48,925 nt of DNA from Barthelona sp. PAP020 (taxonomy: Eukaryota), in the NCBI GenBank assembly GCA_040182905.1, contig JARQWU010000048.1, positions 1 to 48,925 on the forward strand, written 5' to 3'. The notes under the pieces are model-generated. The model was not told the origin of the DNA, did no database searches, and saw only the letters and a list, made by a program, of their open reading frames with translations. A program made the position numbers and the translations under genes. Positions 30,001-33,600 of this stretch are shown in pieces. Numbering within the stretch: the first letter of the stretch is position 1; every line of letters begins with the position of its first letter.

Positions 30001-30032
30001 AGACTAATAAATAAATAAAATCGCAAACTCAT
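1..30032 (-). CDS. Giant secreted/surface beta-solenoid-like protein, at least 10,010 aa, 3' end outside the window
   Basis: ATG at 30032 (in-frame TAG just upstream at 30060-30062) reads MSLRFYLFISLLIIVCSSAYNEYICEGEHDFYEDACWSEGLAPVANSNVKI. The same frame was open wherever I translated by hand (around 27 kb, 20.4 kb, 15 kb, 11 kb, 7-8 kb and 3-300). The ORF track has no minus ORF in this frame, which it would if an in-frame stop existed. Codons are strongly T-ending (GGT, GTT, GAT, ATT) throughout. Confidence 0.92.
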   Translation of the reverse strand, partial: MSLRFYLFISLLIIVCSSAYNEYICEGEHDFYEDACWSEGLAPVANSNVKIQTTVNITMKKSISLGELYLGSDANEVNLVFDYNVVLSAIKVEMYKCNLRGFAILKASTVMSFLGNHNRVLEPFSAIHVEGGVLTLGEGSITLDYGCTISTDNSATIDVFDFTIYSNQAAASTETNPLFSNFGFFHINEGKTFLAECDFNHMGNNYFVNDGIGIFNGTIQFYSHILSQTTNGYFIFDSKVGSATFNSMIMMYYYGSFMIYNGTVGFRAKPLYLRELYIYGGDIYFTGDARIEGLRIVEKTDGQLTFMDGCMFSDFTLYFNQSGGSTEFQYGVTYRDDTNPYFQWFINFQGGSFNLDYSLQPFEFHEFRLSGGDFKVSTGNPILIHYGEFTKVPLLQIEDKLVFDEIMYWYGGIFDSEIEFRFYCQVNVLKGWDHVLAVNRRFAPEEDVDEYNIEGCDIYLGMGAEFHVVKAERFDDVVLKVAPNSLLQFIDPITLGGDVLFDTSFSWKAICWEDEYLSQKYGEYLFDSDILQTEMAKICQDIEHNVSDARYEHLDNKSAFYPMYLQSEELKTEEVEVAVPVYDDDGNISDYTYEMQDVTFKYCIFDIDRNITDKYNASIHDLTDYQNSTMRYQYSPTSQCVSNALLSDLNTEINGIIEFLEPVIVESNLVIGSYTRMKADSTTFTSSSNITVLGTNSRLSGGYIIDCSINIIRSLIVDEGTTINGTNSKIYGFEDSAYVLYEGFYGLSTDFEWESGKFVFNASSSLDQNLTSLYIGSEGSFYFDLTRIFSNEIYKLDLRGKLVVRFGFYQYMTSYSIIGNLTVDSMIYLTIDELERSSEQTVVKDNISSMNLTNIDEMKIHFSEYSQFSIFMDLVVDNEFTNSLNTHIDFTDVIFQTVNCSILNFDPIISIDSTFIIFNATDFNITMNERSYFEDSVFSFDKVQQFYKLKVSDMLKSTFTLYDVSIFDGIDSTNIKNSTYTAFIGDTHGNILGNTFYHSNFVIDEITNSGWITSDDMLNSIIKYSNGNNSGSIDVVKMVDSSFSYDKIQKIHGNVICTEMIDSKLDYIDIDIEYGGLFVSKISSSTINYLRVNSVKGIESVDIYNSTFTYTTVNSTLEGIVVENSIKESSFTLNQVNYSGGISTIELSDSSIDYHDIIELYATNIEIIDTVDFVLHDIDSLGNYTSNQIDKSQFNVVNVDNLSLNVSNNITNSLFDLNNSQKTRILTDDLNVVNFNLKEGNLFDLNSTSAFNVSFDFSNVANINVIGMMDICDMKVHTSSSITFDLPIFDNSNLFVNITEKIAGSILNGSNSAFDFISVDEIMLEANRYDSSSLNFVSATANFTGFSIFNDMNINGESSQIEFEGIDSELLNLVTVFKHGNLCFKGFETATKPNLLVTSGNYIVFDCQTVTEGVLNVQSQIFDLIFDSTDNGNIDFIGNQLNINSHSASYYVRNSDFKVDAVVFAETGLETYDSKYNITNDETIMKFVKIYNSNIVVKSRYVTFGYNLDMELSTVYIQFRESFIFSTDSIVTTDLTLHSLSYVTVLDFKKETSYDYQTVFNETNIQVIKSYDIFFMKSSTLTVTGAVITIEGIVFLDNVELTQNCVEFGGDFLYLYQSNLDCAQTIQFDYMKILETDFNSESSTCKLNIGSWETDSSLTVKNTTILNIYTFWRVSSNMAMNGYDWKINIGSSATVEVLDDLTFYDSYGYSMFINEGKWIVTNSQFTTYIRPELGASSVMEFYNSYWRVNVDAYFNGELLLSGVSAGLKLYGDNYEFGYETILESTSASGLVWTKDYTNILFRGIIKILNDLSLQKVNIQFEDCSMLVDNIVLIQASLSIKRCKHLSNAEVLYLNGFNVRDQSTLVISEIESIYTEEFILDNSEVELIVNNITLNDFIMYSGYLNGPVYFKIANSATFLGGTLESYVILDILGQYLVMNAETVHTVGNGVQILFKHDYYFKDYDSLFRVGDNVIIQFGSTYFSSIIRFIGEGTVRASFASGAQSSSAVVYPLTFTTGGIDKLPLLIVNGDMTVASDITIDFRLQLSGRLIILPGSRLVLPSPMTVNDNITLSDVSAGEVASTLEVQGPFTVMNGVALKGLGSTFTTSSTGYVRFGGIWELGPVLTIKGGVFHFVLGSVYNFTDISISSGGKLILHQPPVLRIDNIWYLNTLTISGGSSFTFSTALSGVDIRITTLVVESSSSVHFSLSSNIHIENLIITSSVCSFTNVVGTIHVSTTAINSGGSLYVDGAEHNKVYTFSTIAHYGTILQFQDVRNPIHVGSIDAHNTLNLNNIYDDLTIDQLMTSANIKVSISDVTVSPTIKSATINTGCTLYISGYQVHVELGSFYFTGAYLDVRRTHGKDVYFSEFVATGSTQLIGASFPCIYVTEVAVLDDVIIHLHFRPLNKLYLFGTVRLRRSNNYAERGTDIVQDWAADVTSIGNVLIYSETYYTKVKKEGIIDLFDEWITIWMHHPGRVKFCGNTFRVVGSFKSYINSNMNDDHGYSYFYVESSTSIYSSTNDMTLSETDERILSSYGGFIGVASTYVLYIDMPAYFTGNLATVGTFSSRLDILSSEYFAITGGTWNAPELRLYLNTRDERVRPDVYFAAGVSLTLNSIEIHRMNYAYDSDTHYLEDYVIFTSYAQIHLTKDAFSNGGLLYLATRKNYIKDGSVLDITDLNMGYGAVFGVILNTDYTEYFRCYLYFQDCNSCEDIDLNGLTMKLASIYFDDGNTWGFSAQSANVGSYSSNSDYSYFEGTLAYFKILGGTMKGALVVNGDLTIHNTDLRFHITNKYSEVDLYNLYVAAGYAFKFEGANIQFKQDRTFCSGNYVPGLYLTDSTLESENVFSAYTPNMYLEASGSDITSVTDVSCTNCRFIVNQGSFEVKTGIFNLAYSITYSNQFNDLTFFDVKDISLSKAYVYIKRANTKLSTGYLSNGAIFDIQESTTLFYRFNSDDSTFKCINTPTILNETLTVRSKSVYTINNCDLEFEHLIVKGSSSLSLNSVTNAALLDIEISEASTATLNTVTSNLLDYIVVIGASVMSNQDVEFQNMKQLLVNGGSKFTTNIGQFNSLEYIEVVSSSYLTITSAIHHIHNVSFIDSYITIDNFKFKAKDASDNLIGAGLIMDGCSFDMRNSIFGFSFFEIDGSTSFYLYNSEFVNCNNITIKNSYIKHIFQSNTIGEIYKFYLYKTAWSIKWQTLKASIIKIESSKFYVNYGGIMEADVIELISTTFYNDGVTTVDTGSSRTCSIQATNFTISGCQTNELTYFSNIVVDKFVIDSSSVDLFVYQKIETPILTTSGDVDFRMSEIFGSVNIGKIEDSISSTNILRFRDIKNFNVAEIIIHGKIYHHNVDSAIIDNLQSVNGYIEFLSTNTYVILKNIDLAGATLKFNSLTNVTIHSLIQRSFASFSTIGVAKSLSYSHQWYSGSIESDSTSRYILDNVVAISDQKKTLIGEHSCIESCMFDVGEFHAKPLADKTLGQLHINAGVSLELILNQTFFIDNDDYQFTVAGNMEISIDSESVFYPSIYVASSGEVQILSVIKMSGKYTIFGLMNFAEDFYCLGAYYLIKSTGALTTTNLESKLLGDTCAVRIEGGLTISFDIVEAVEMILYGSSSYADMNYLRSDKSASITCSSCNYLNINEVTVADNVYLNANNGNIKIEKIESKTVEFAGSFDWNYFSNSEPPLSPVYDKVFLEVGNLFASTMVKLSGGYVYVDYMEIANLYIETKSFFSFYTFNMIDGGKITTLAPYMLINYGPWNLTKIGWHRSLYESFCESKWINYGGMIVGTTLEQIPSPLSSYKKTTYILYNYEQFVQLSSTNFEIPMVIDNHYNVSIGANSNFEDLGENSYVHDNATLYIEPSANINSDRIYVGGLMNVSGDIIIKNHIVITSEGQLIVNENASVAFNDQLTIEEGGQVEISGDVYIGNTINIYGDIYITETGFFHNVDLEESSGLIYIQESGSITSEINIFTDAPVIVAGGYNVPIFKYSNPDASIDFRETARLGFQAIEIFTGEVSFQNFCPTLPMQYIILSTGKLDIKSNCILSLDLVNITNNAQFIISARGINIDYLYNDADFDIISRQSLDWSSVFDVEKWENHGSIQDASTSGVLFQGKNYTNFENSEFILHGGNFIVERFLHLTSTQITFNSLVKIDITYAHFVSPLVVHDFTTFSIGDANFESLVSIYDGNNVELPLYTTSADIRMNNILIAITLPSTIRTFGKLLYLIDVPIVSVDNIILDSGSFEFLNNQINTNYMYMNDASMLKGSTGGVINVDSFEWYGGVIYSETEVFNFNVNNFTVFTDNNFVTKKVQFVISDDMYVDNDWTVDTDSYSTLKFIDQSKAIFKGIFTTTTSFSVVATASSYLLFEKGFVSYTSFSINEGSTLKFQSGDVEFRRDVSLGVTAFKWATLEFAEDVEVIFNSGRLIAAQNTVILPSNITMRFKNHNGQCTASTGVMTPLIKGHFFPKTLFIESSGVFGLGSGSTHNLQNVLVEQGCLMFNGAIFNESTTLTTRIDCDSSNLGGIIYDNVKNDLPIYNHVSSSSCYHHYRNVIGYSISVDENLAFENGGHFYFSGDFTDEQYLTIANLTLDNDSSWKFDSSIYTNRVLIEQLTLKSGSISGSDSISVDYTLMTTGSFTHVSIYDLDVFSYDAVTFNDVLIYGQVVLDGFANVNIYNDFSIRSSGIVNVTTGRVFVYYGRMVIGGTFNPECHFTFPSSTVFESTGIINIADFCIFQPANNAQVSSTVNLGINSVLSIRASYTFTLTSTGKLLGEGEMEYLDDCVINIYGTYLLSDTFTQTVNAAVLFSGSRLSIVNLYCSKGTITLYRVSAEDGGKWVVNSAVNTDTGRIIFDEFEDEMEMTTLLVSGGITSFSEIDTSINYNEIKITGGYVIFDTGADIYLERLIIDGGWRDGTDRVFVNELIWISGGFLGPADTIVAVKTTISGTDEHHIMGSGHQLTLKGEFYAEDRLEVFACNGINRIHIYADSYISGSILFRSNPIPTGGPIWADSYGSWLLGCATDSSWCSSNPPDSVMLKIHKPQCHYMVTFIPSGLLPVDYYVEYLDESFTFLPYSTTASSLEVDYKGTMNITSSGEFAMFDRGLQISENSIIHIYGTFYPKVGLNVDATSEIIMYPNSNWKAYSCLTLKCQIYGSVSLAPGYTYTSSNIPAFNFYSMYKKVGYVKTEKYKCGHYIKDYEYVTKYCTRRYWAYDSTRTSPYIYFEANSLFDFTNMVLSGGTIDFLDNSDAIFKNITLIGGNMYVRGISRQLEPTKILISGGSLYFYNYAYLSFPYLQMNGGTLGSGSVATTLDISETFTWQGGVLNGVYLFVNSLKSTIIKGTALKQLSSSTFTNKGIIDIEESGPIKLYQKGYFINEGNISIIGSFTFEGKLPSTYEGNYVTTPRRSYFINRHYMFIKYPSQLVTFEVHFASSADSHLIVENGNLMFKQGGSIEGELLMEDSTNNLYINDASNYANAFFVYDGTPSMIFTSTSSVLLSQGLLDVYRPTIVQVSGSFVVKNSMNLNSINFIGLSGANAEIGNINTYHCTVDFQSGSSLTGTNSVYLNYYSTFVLNTGILITFNSLTFINSYRSGTDHLHVIESFIWRGGGFGDSTTTSLYGNSQVYRVDNLMLGASAKLINYNRIEFVESLQYSKLSEMPTTVITMYAGATIINQATGTFYFATNFQFSEVSSSSFVNEGNLIVLCNMILPSSFENKNIMNIGTLAEHVKYTRYVYGTTFVNNGHLTIDGRVQVGGSTFVNGNKTIVENGVSSVFMTHVSSYTGSIWDINYGSVYLYYYGSHDGTINLIHSSSRLYLLLPTYTVKVIDKTFLGIVIDYHYETRYYDPEGTFTFGVNSIINACEGQFNDDRQPILIRGQYESCNHLTFSNTDVTLENMALIEGNSISITDSTVRFVNSDFQFDSWTIVNSQVYFEGSKQVGFSTTFDVTNSNLYLNGGAQIELSSMNFVNAHFYGTDKVIFRDKLVVNASFFHESLKLVNNGEMYFRSSPVALNEQVSLWNNGILIIESEDPNATPSNMPWFLLQFGRDAYFNNSGVVKVNTNWQMYSGTFMNYGTMEIMYSIDSQDTSHLLNFGTLNFVCSGYFGYSPSIVVQHFSNYGTMSTCTAMKFKRLSDNSIFENYGTFKLLSDVDFSVKYSSYTNSYTEMHANAISFYVNTVWNAELRSTSYTNFRLLGGTHLFSHDQVTLDHTFIVGSDASVTFEHSTIYMQDKPMEISGYVKFVDFTWLKQVKDIIISGEVEFISLNDPVSLDSVVLSGIVHFDTTNTTSITDLSIIDGGIRMGGDLLRISNLDWQSGCFVGLDSVKTTSIIENYGSIKSTGSKCIRNNTELINRADIVFSSTEEPLSLNYEDVTYITIEFSNGFFVNEKYVSFGTSVALIGGSFINSENAVTNILMNLIVGEDFINKGMVMVTPTNTKVLDEARNITVGSFINYNLVTSNVNAHFATCKEGNFTNYAELKFNTGLVSFIIDFYDNSSINAESLLFSRKVNLNGTYLLSNRTHFIDYDDVYMKHKLNDPMIFMAPIDNGRTISIVDTLFNSEDIHIQGFSGIISNSNIVSLYDDMFKSLTIVDSDIAFINVLYNVSITIESENIFNLDLDKLLIAMNYQGSVVSLDNMTISCYLFDLSTGTDLMDITNNNTMSMKLYMIDSSVEFYNVVYNWTIVESGKYFNSSLISRVDNIVFNITSVDSMFIANNVNFNWLLKDSTDNQFSLVDNLIFDASFVNSNVTFIDTVFKWDAYIDNALDLLLLRSFSSIDSALIMNNSTFVDNSLNMEIFMNLTHQNSVLTLEDINFDSNITHCSFESSDVSMKNIMFVKYFDYFESFDSSIYLYNNTIELLRNLSITTTNLSIIESKIDYYLNVYSVQSFLYVEALDMYFLSDLVDVTSSWISINTKEDAIFKDLSFTKSKRDGTTTLYVSTIHWYSGFFFNNSYSVFNETFVYLEDETGVVDNSTIDWIISTTFIEASEDYLVLNVWNTSLIQNYGDLQIHQSIWFNCSDDGTHVALLNTNVGEVVQYASIKSQCGVLSNSKWTVDKDILNLVEMEVSNFTTSSNFYINHNFSSNGYPYGNGTFNIIETALTSIAEYVEIHTDIFATKNSFILLENGGVKFWIFEGGLIEGQFLVNTMMNVSFGYKNLSIYNELVFGPTSIFKPNYAFVNIYQSGNITIYNHFETFEVVSIEGGRLLFEEGNIVEELTKLLIIDGYCGFREGSILIDLIKVNLTGGIIEFETTKNCSIIDFYMTNGYRMGKDILNILHSFHWRGGGLGPYSRTYSHNSSYIYRSLNSRFMNNATFINFNYTVFPPSLLDVGVAANEFAQFRSENHSRFINDKKGTLEIKFPINMMCSPDSRQTEAYFINEGIVDIQSSVNLSLIVQNFYNLSASGGYFYLHRGGFSSGKIFLDSAVVLGIGEVFYFNVSSILDVTDAVIMFVTNDAVGHVFGYMNFEDLTITFPQTTNNFEDGVDSNIGNLYVHPGVLFTQNANLTVAGSNITFLKQDEDVYFGKITLTGSGFALFYNERPVYVDYLNFEGGYRGGTDHFLVSKETKWSGGGCCETGITVCTGTTTFDREWPNGIVLPPGFPSPQISVSLLDTCTFENAGYGETKRKTKFIGDYGASFINTGEFKIGYESMWEVQDLELSLRPKPTIKQYLIKGILYNITEHNYKPQLINDGYMYGDDRAKGVNIEWRFFQKSELLYANWEYFSATVGGKATDGVVNVTQELRIDEDYVFEKGTRLVGNDVTVKFNDEKTFIFGGDFCITGDSVVEGLGAVVFTPDATFCAETTVSVCGPNVTILGEQEANIMVLDCGSCRIGPGELNVNEVIIKDGCIDGGVTNIQTSLQFQYKKFKKVIDSGIVNLYGDATAEVGSAIEINNDAQLIVHSDAYLHICGRTTFNGTGSIINYGLIQKDLCSINTLSYLMTNIYQKYSGKLVVEKGFLTFDGEGSYYHGTIDVKPDGGIQMPSNKHVWFKGGSNVTLNIHSGAALYFETNGTLEVHEMQFKYNASDYVHLAGHLIFDKQVYIHPMTFDIRQQSVAFVDINCSNHEFKRLDMYTNGILNVSIPNCPLIIDESIIDNGIIVGDKSSHLILNDTTIHNIMAEDVFLTIFDGILEGESVIRNFSNMNIHLNNTTEMRTEKIYLDNVILNTTKPTSVIVTTGNVELHGTNSTLNVNEGLFRVDQGTAELYLDVIIGNVTQVNSTLNIKSNIINNGLLFIQNGGVVNNKGNVTSYSVLDIDGVWNDFNLLTVLDGKIDSAVINSDINSNIFLNESVSIQLFMNNIDGHVLLSNNRVDVLKINLLTGVLEMFNTDLSESYLQMQNANVMVSNLTWIRHVNWLMEDSSEVTFNSSNLGLEANSKFVGKSSSSVSIDEMNTLMFLGSTIELYDDAIFSINSTYNKMYDIVLNITDAHFSSTTLDTTISSHFSTLNMTGENSTIYIQEGFITEFNFFSGILFGGHFKLDKLLMTSIEQKSFENQVFVELFGYGEWNKGVIMGDEFVTFRIAKGSLLNMTLNNGLMDVTNRTSDDRSLLRINGDVSLTGSETIYWRVELDNGNLTLTEDAHVIFESNVTGIYNTLASNITINDRAIAEVHYGFDLQENCGLVGKGYFKITDDDAYVTLDGYLNVLGLVYIDAGLLDLRDTQIAYLPLEWIGGIVLMNEVYGNDIFIEIVFDEDHYQWIENNDLNSVTIVHQYDKLVEYGPCEINWINHRHMYDNSSTIFHNDSLISSIEFPDIQGGDVLFEEDAQSTIMNVNMNGGLFNVSSNAHLTIIGCFVVNDGILLLYDGAVLDSQIYPCITINQTGYVEIYSLYDGYVEIVDLTMDLDGTLNEINGNSIDITNSFNFQGGHIDANTTVRIVNDALGTFHTKTLKTLGNMSELIILDGKIEVYPTKVADCPECGLIDLKRGSLVLFKSPKATFEIMNDDCSYDSITIGSLVIPTVFENVENYGSWNLSELNRVKIEKGASFNVRSTLFSKTILFVDQLSKFSIVGENVVVEVYSPMEIHGQFTCTNGKMVIFSHVRFANESTLFALECKIVVSGTGLLEFGDSHADYLDISVINDGKLITHNDSFIDELKLYNEIGMSVFNGTIYKFNGAIVDKNGNITFASASNTHMHSLRIGEGNVVYKNYATVHFLEDCTITNEGGLLLFNDVTDFDADNLLLKSTGGIININDSFTKNISHVFVDGGVINFNNENFIDVNNITLISGEIYSNLNTIRLFGNYIFKGGYFYGSHGAKYTALYIAKMAIMKLIPNDCSADTDSVQFSSPTKEGFITTIEVSGTMNIVCGVINMYNGTSFNILDDGTMNIDNGEYPSRNIYIRQPSDQSSLAYWTSNGTTKVNMHDKAFDVNIGVNFTNGIHYFNRTNFIQRYTVSSNYPNSYGYVVLSGGEMTLENTDFNVFNEFNITSGYFENTNTSNLIIKESGSFFHDDRAKITGKLINYGYSTINRKIDEGLIDNYGTLLFNNTLETDYVRNITIYNTGSLMFVKDCHIESIREIKNNGGNVIFRNGSIINVNTIKSRFYVYGGGIFEIEPAAIMNYGDGAELLNVYDNGLFVSKYIGNSYFDTIKVSSKGRFINHHPFYVQDMIVNDAYVGQANYECIECNALIVVINLSLSYSHVYGTLRIEANKIEFPTLDSVDHIYENVYIKVRQWIVGNKELWLHPTAFVKVIELFYVNVDITCTYFVEGTTENGFPTFYSMGETRIESENTHKFNMWVYLHAVGSFTLFGNGNFNNLTIEGSDVQLKEGCVTTVINGGAIFNSSTNINGNGLFNYVNSKVYVTAYVNLVNGFKISESKVYYINTRIVSCLIDVYGPNSDVYLYNSNSIDQIRFVVNGLNSFVRYNVESSSTSKLPWITDMKVLIGTFEFETGQADLDKANITLGVLNSGKSPKITFIDGNYINEAAKIDLNCGEFIISSKISPGFEVADLLINGNAIFNHNGSFILPNKRFVLNGGKRIGFANIYAHNITLLAGSMYGAAETRSLDHLNIDGCNPACLLDDRHVLS
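6500..16250 (-). repeat. Degenerate higher-order protein repeat (~280-390 aa spacing) marked by a GGxRxGxD...WxGG motif
   Basis: Motif copies near 16200, 15330, 14170, 13290, 12140, 11165, 8265, 7410 and 6570, e.g. DGGWRDGTDRVFVNELIWISGG, INSYRSGTDHLHVIESFIWRGGG, TNGYRMGKDILNILHSFHWRGGG, EGGYRGGTDHFLVSKETKWSGGG. Confidence 0.65.
26350..27240 (-). repeat. Protein-level tandem repeat of ~21-22 aa (about 13 units) in the giant ORF
   Basis: KSTFTLYDVSIFDGIDSTNIK / NSTYTAFIGDTHGNILGNTFY / HSNFVIDEITNSGWITSDDML / NSIIKYSNGNNSGSIDVVKMV / DSSFSYDKIQKIHGNVMYTEMI and onward, with consensus x-S-x-[FIL]-x-[YL]...G. Confidence 0.75.
29976..30032 (-). other. Predicted signal peptide of the giant protein
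   Basis: MSLRFYLFISLLIIVCSSA: basic residue, hydrophobic core and small residues (S-S-A) before a likely cleavage site. Confidence 0.8.
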
Positions 30033-30692
30033 ATAAATAAAAAAGAAAATGGGAAAAAACTATGTGTGGAAGAATGACAATCATTTTCCATTTGTAAGAA
30101 TTTTTATAACAATAAAAATAAGATGATAAATTGCTGATTATAATGAATTTCTGATTAAATTTTAAAAGATGCTCCCGGAAATGGAATGAAAAAATGACCT
30201 GTACGGTTAAAAGCAATTTTATTTTCATCTTTCACATTATTTTCTTTAAAAAATATTAAAATATTGATAAAAACCAATTCAATAATAACATAACCAAAGC
30301 TAGAGATGTCCAAAAAAATTATGACTAAAATATCCTTTTTTATTTTTAGTGATTTTATTGTTAATAGATAAAAATATTCAAATAGCACCCGAAAGTGTGA
30401 AGAATCTTTTGAAATAAAAAAATTTTTTGTTTTGAAATTTGCAATTTTTTAATATTTTTTTTTTTTGAGGAGAATTTTTGATTGTTTTGTTTATCTTGAA
30501 AATAAATTTGGAAATAGGATTTTTTGTGATTTTATTTTCTTTTTCATATTTCAAAAAATAGTTTTTTGAGGGAAAAAACTACCCATTCAAACATTTTTTT
30601 CTTTGAAAAAAAAAAAAAGTGACCAAAAATGAACAACTGAATTGTCAATTCCTTTATAAATTTCGACCTTTGTATCAAAGAGAATTCCAATT

Positions 30693-33600
30693 TTATTTCT
30701 TCATGTCAATTTCTGTGGTAATTTCAGACTCAACTAAACTTGCTGGTATTGAAAGAAATCCACTGTTATAATTAAAAAAATTAATATTGTCAAAAGCAGT
30801 GAATCTTTTCTTTTCTGGTATTTTTGTAAGATTCAAAAGATCACAAAAGAGAATTTTTTCAATCTTTAAATTTTGAGTGACTTTATGATGCAATTTCAAA
30901 ATTTGATCATAAAAATTGTTGGTTAAAGGACTTGGAAGAGGAAATTGATAACAATGACTCAACAAAGCCAAAAAAAAAGTGAAAAATTCTACTCTATTTT
31001 TCTCAACAATAACAATGGGTAAACTATATATTTGATTAATTCCAGGAGCCCAATCATTTCTAAAATTAGATAATTCTCTGAAACTGTCAATAAAAGAACT
31101 TTGAGGACTTCCAATTGGTTGTGGTAAATTTCTGAAAAGATCAATAGCATCTAAATAATGAATAGTACCCAAGCCTTTAGGATCGTACATACTCCATGCT
31201 TGTTGATATGTTCGAACAATATTAATATCGACTTGAATTTGTTCATGAAATCTTGAAGATGCAAATGAATCAACCAAAATACCAATCAAATATGACAAGA
31301 TAATGAAATTATTTAAATAAATGAAAAAAGTGAAAAATAAAAGTGCTGAAATACTCGGGTTAAGTGAAGTTAATTCTGTTAGCCAGTTATCTAATGTTAA
31401 TAAACGTATGTTAGCCCCAAAAGCGGTAAAAAATGTTGAATAATGTTTAATATAATCACCAAATAAAATCATGCTGAAAATTGTGAAAAAAACCAAGAAA
31501 ATGAAACAGATTATAAGAATATTAATAAATGAGGGAATAGCTTTCAATAAGGAATCAAAAATTAAACTTAGTCTTTGAACATATTTTGCAATTTTAAATA
31601 ATCTAGTGAATCTCAATAGTCTAATTACTCTTAAGCTTTTCAAGGAACTATTGCTAAAAAAATAGGTTAAAAACAAATCAACAATAGAAATAACAACTAA
31701 AATGAAATCTAAATAATTCCATGAATCCAAAAAATATTCAAATTTAAAAGTAAAGAATTTAACCAAAAATTCAATGAAAAATAAAATTGTACAACTCAAA
31801 GTAATCAATTCTGAATAAAATAAAAAGGTTTGTGATGAATGTTCAGTCTTTGCAATTATAAAAAAACTGTTTATTACAATAAAAAACATTATAAAGATGT
31901 TAAACATCTTCCCATTTAATAATTCTTTAAATTTCCAAATTTTACTGTCAATGTTTAATTCTAAACTGATGGGTTTGGCGTTTGAAATAAAAAACTCAAA
32001 GTTGACAAGAAAATTGCTTTGTTTTTTTGAAAAAAAGATTTCTCTCTTCTTTAAACTTAATTCTAAACTAAAGGAATCAATAACAACACCAATAAACATG
32101 TTTAATAATAAAAATGAACAGATTATTACAAAAGAAATCAAATAAAGAGAACACCATAGGTTGTTCTCTGAAAATAGATTTGTTTTACTTTCATTACTAC
32201 TGAGCGGATTAAATGTTAATAACGCAGGCCACTCTTCTAATGTCAACATTCCAAACAAAGTTACCATACTTTCACCAAAACTATCAAAAGACTTATGAAT
32301 TTGAGGTTTAATAATATCTGTCTCATTACATAAAGAGATATGCGATACAGTAATGTCTGAGCATTTATTTAAATTTCCTTGAAAAATTCCCATACCAATT
32401 AGGGAAAAAACAAGCATAATCAAAAGAATAATCAAAGACATCCTTAAAATAGATTTGATAGAAGGAATCATTGATAATATAACAATTTTCAAAGAATTAA
32501 TAGTGGAAAATATTCTTAAAAACCTTAAAATTTTGAAAAACCTCAAAAACTTTACAACTTTTGAATCATTTTCAAATTCAATAAAAAAAACAATAATTGA
32601 AGGCAAACTGACAAAAGTCACAAAGAAATCTAAAACATTGCCAGAATTCTCAAAATATTTTTTTCTTCCATTTATTCTCAATTTCACAATTGCTTCAACT
32701 ATATAAATAAATAAAAATACAATTTCAACTCTTTGAACAACTTTCAATTGACTTTGAAGACCTTGCCCAAAATTTATTTCGTTGGACAAAAAAATTTCCG
32801 CAACTATCAAACTAACGTTAATCAAAATAAGTATCAACAAAATATAATCCCAAAGATTAAGTTTAGCATTCATTTTTTCATTAATTATTCTAAAAGTTGT
32901 CGAATATTCTTCTTCAAAAATATCAACACCTGTAGAAGCATCGAAATGATCTTCTTTTACAGGTAATTTCAATTTGGTAACTTGTTTTAAAGGTTTATTG
33001 TCATCAGCATTTTGAATTCTTATTGATTCCTCAAAGCTTTTGTCTTTATCACTTTTGTTTGTATCTTTACATCCAAATTCTTTAATTCGAGCTGAAAAAA
33101 TTTCTGGAATAACTTCCAACACCGGAAATTTATCCTCATATTCTTCTTCAGACGTTTCATCAGAAATCTCAGAAGACACATTATTGATTTCAAGTTCACC
33201 AAAATCATCTTCAAAAGATTCAGCAAATGAGCTTTCCTGTTCAACAATATTTGGAGATGAAAAAGAATATTCTTCATTCAATCCATTGAAAAATGTAATT
33301 GATTCAAGAGATTGTGATGTTTTTTCGTCATTGTTCGTCAAAAATTCCACGTTTTCAACGTTTTCGTCATCATTTGTCACATTATAACCAAATAAGTTTT
33401 CATTAAATCCTTCTTGATCAGAAGAGTGAGAAAAAGATATTCCCATTTGTTGCATATCTTCAACTTCTTGTGAATCCATTTCGTAACTGTACTCCAAAGA
33501 TGGTAATTCACTAATTGGACCACGATCAATTGTGCCATCATGTCTAGCACTTAGTTGATCACAAATATCGTCGTCCATACAAAAATCTTCACTTTGAGAC

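Noticed and set aside
1..30032. Idea that the ORF-poor 30 kb reflects stop-codon reassignment, a pseudogene or non-coding DNA
   Set aside because: One frame is open in the standard code, and neighbouring genes end normally at TAA or TGA. The track misses it only because the stop lies outside the window.
30004..30388. Two short minus-strand ORFs upstream of the giant gene
   Set aside because: Low-complexity I/F/L/K translations typical of AT-rich intergenic DNA.
30040..30600. Scattered CCC/GGG plus A-tract words (gggaaaaaa, cccggaaa, cccgaaa) as a promoter motif
   Set aside because: Too few and too variable to separate from background without a genome-wide test.
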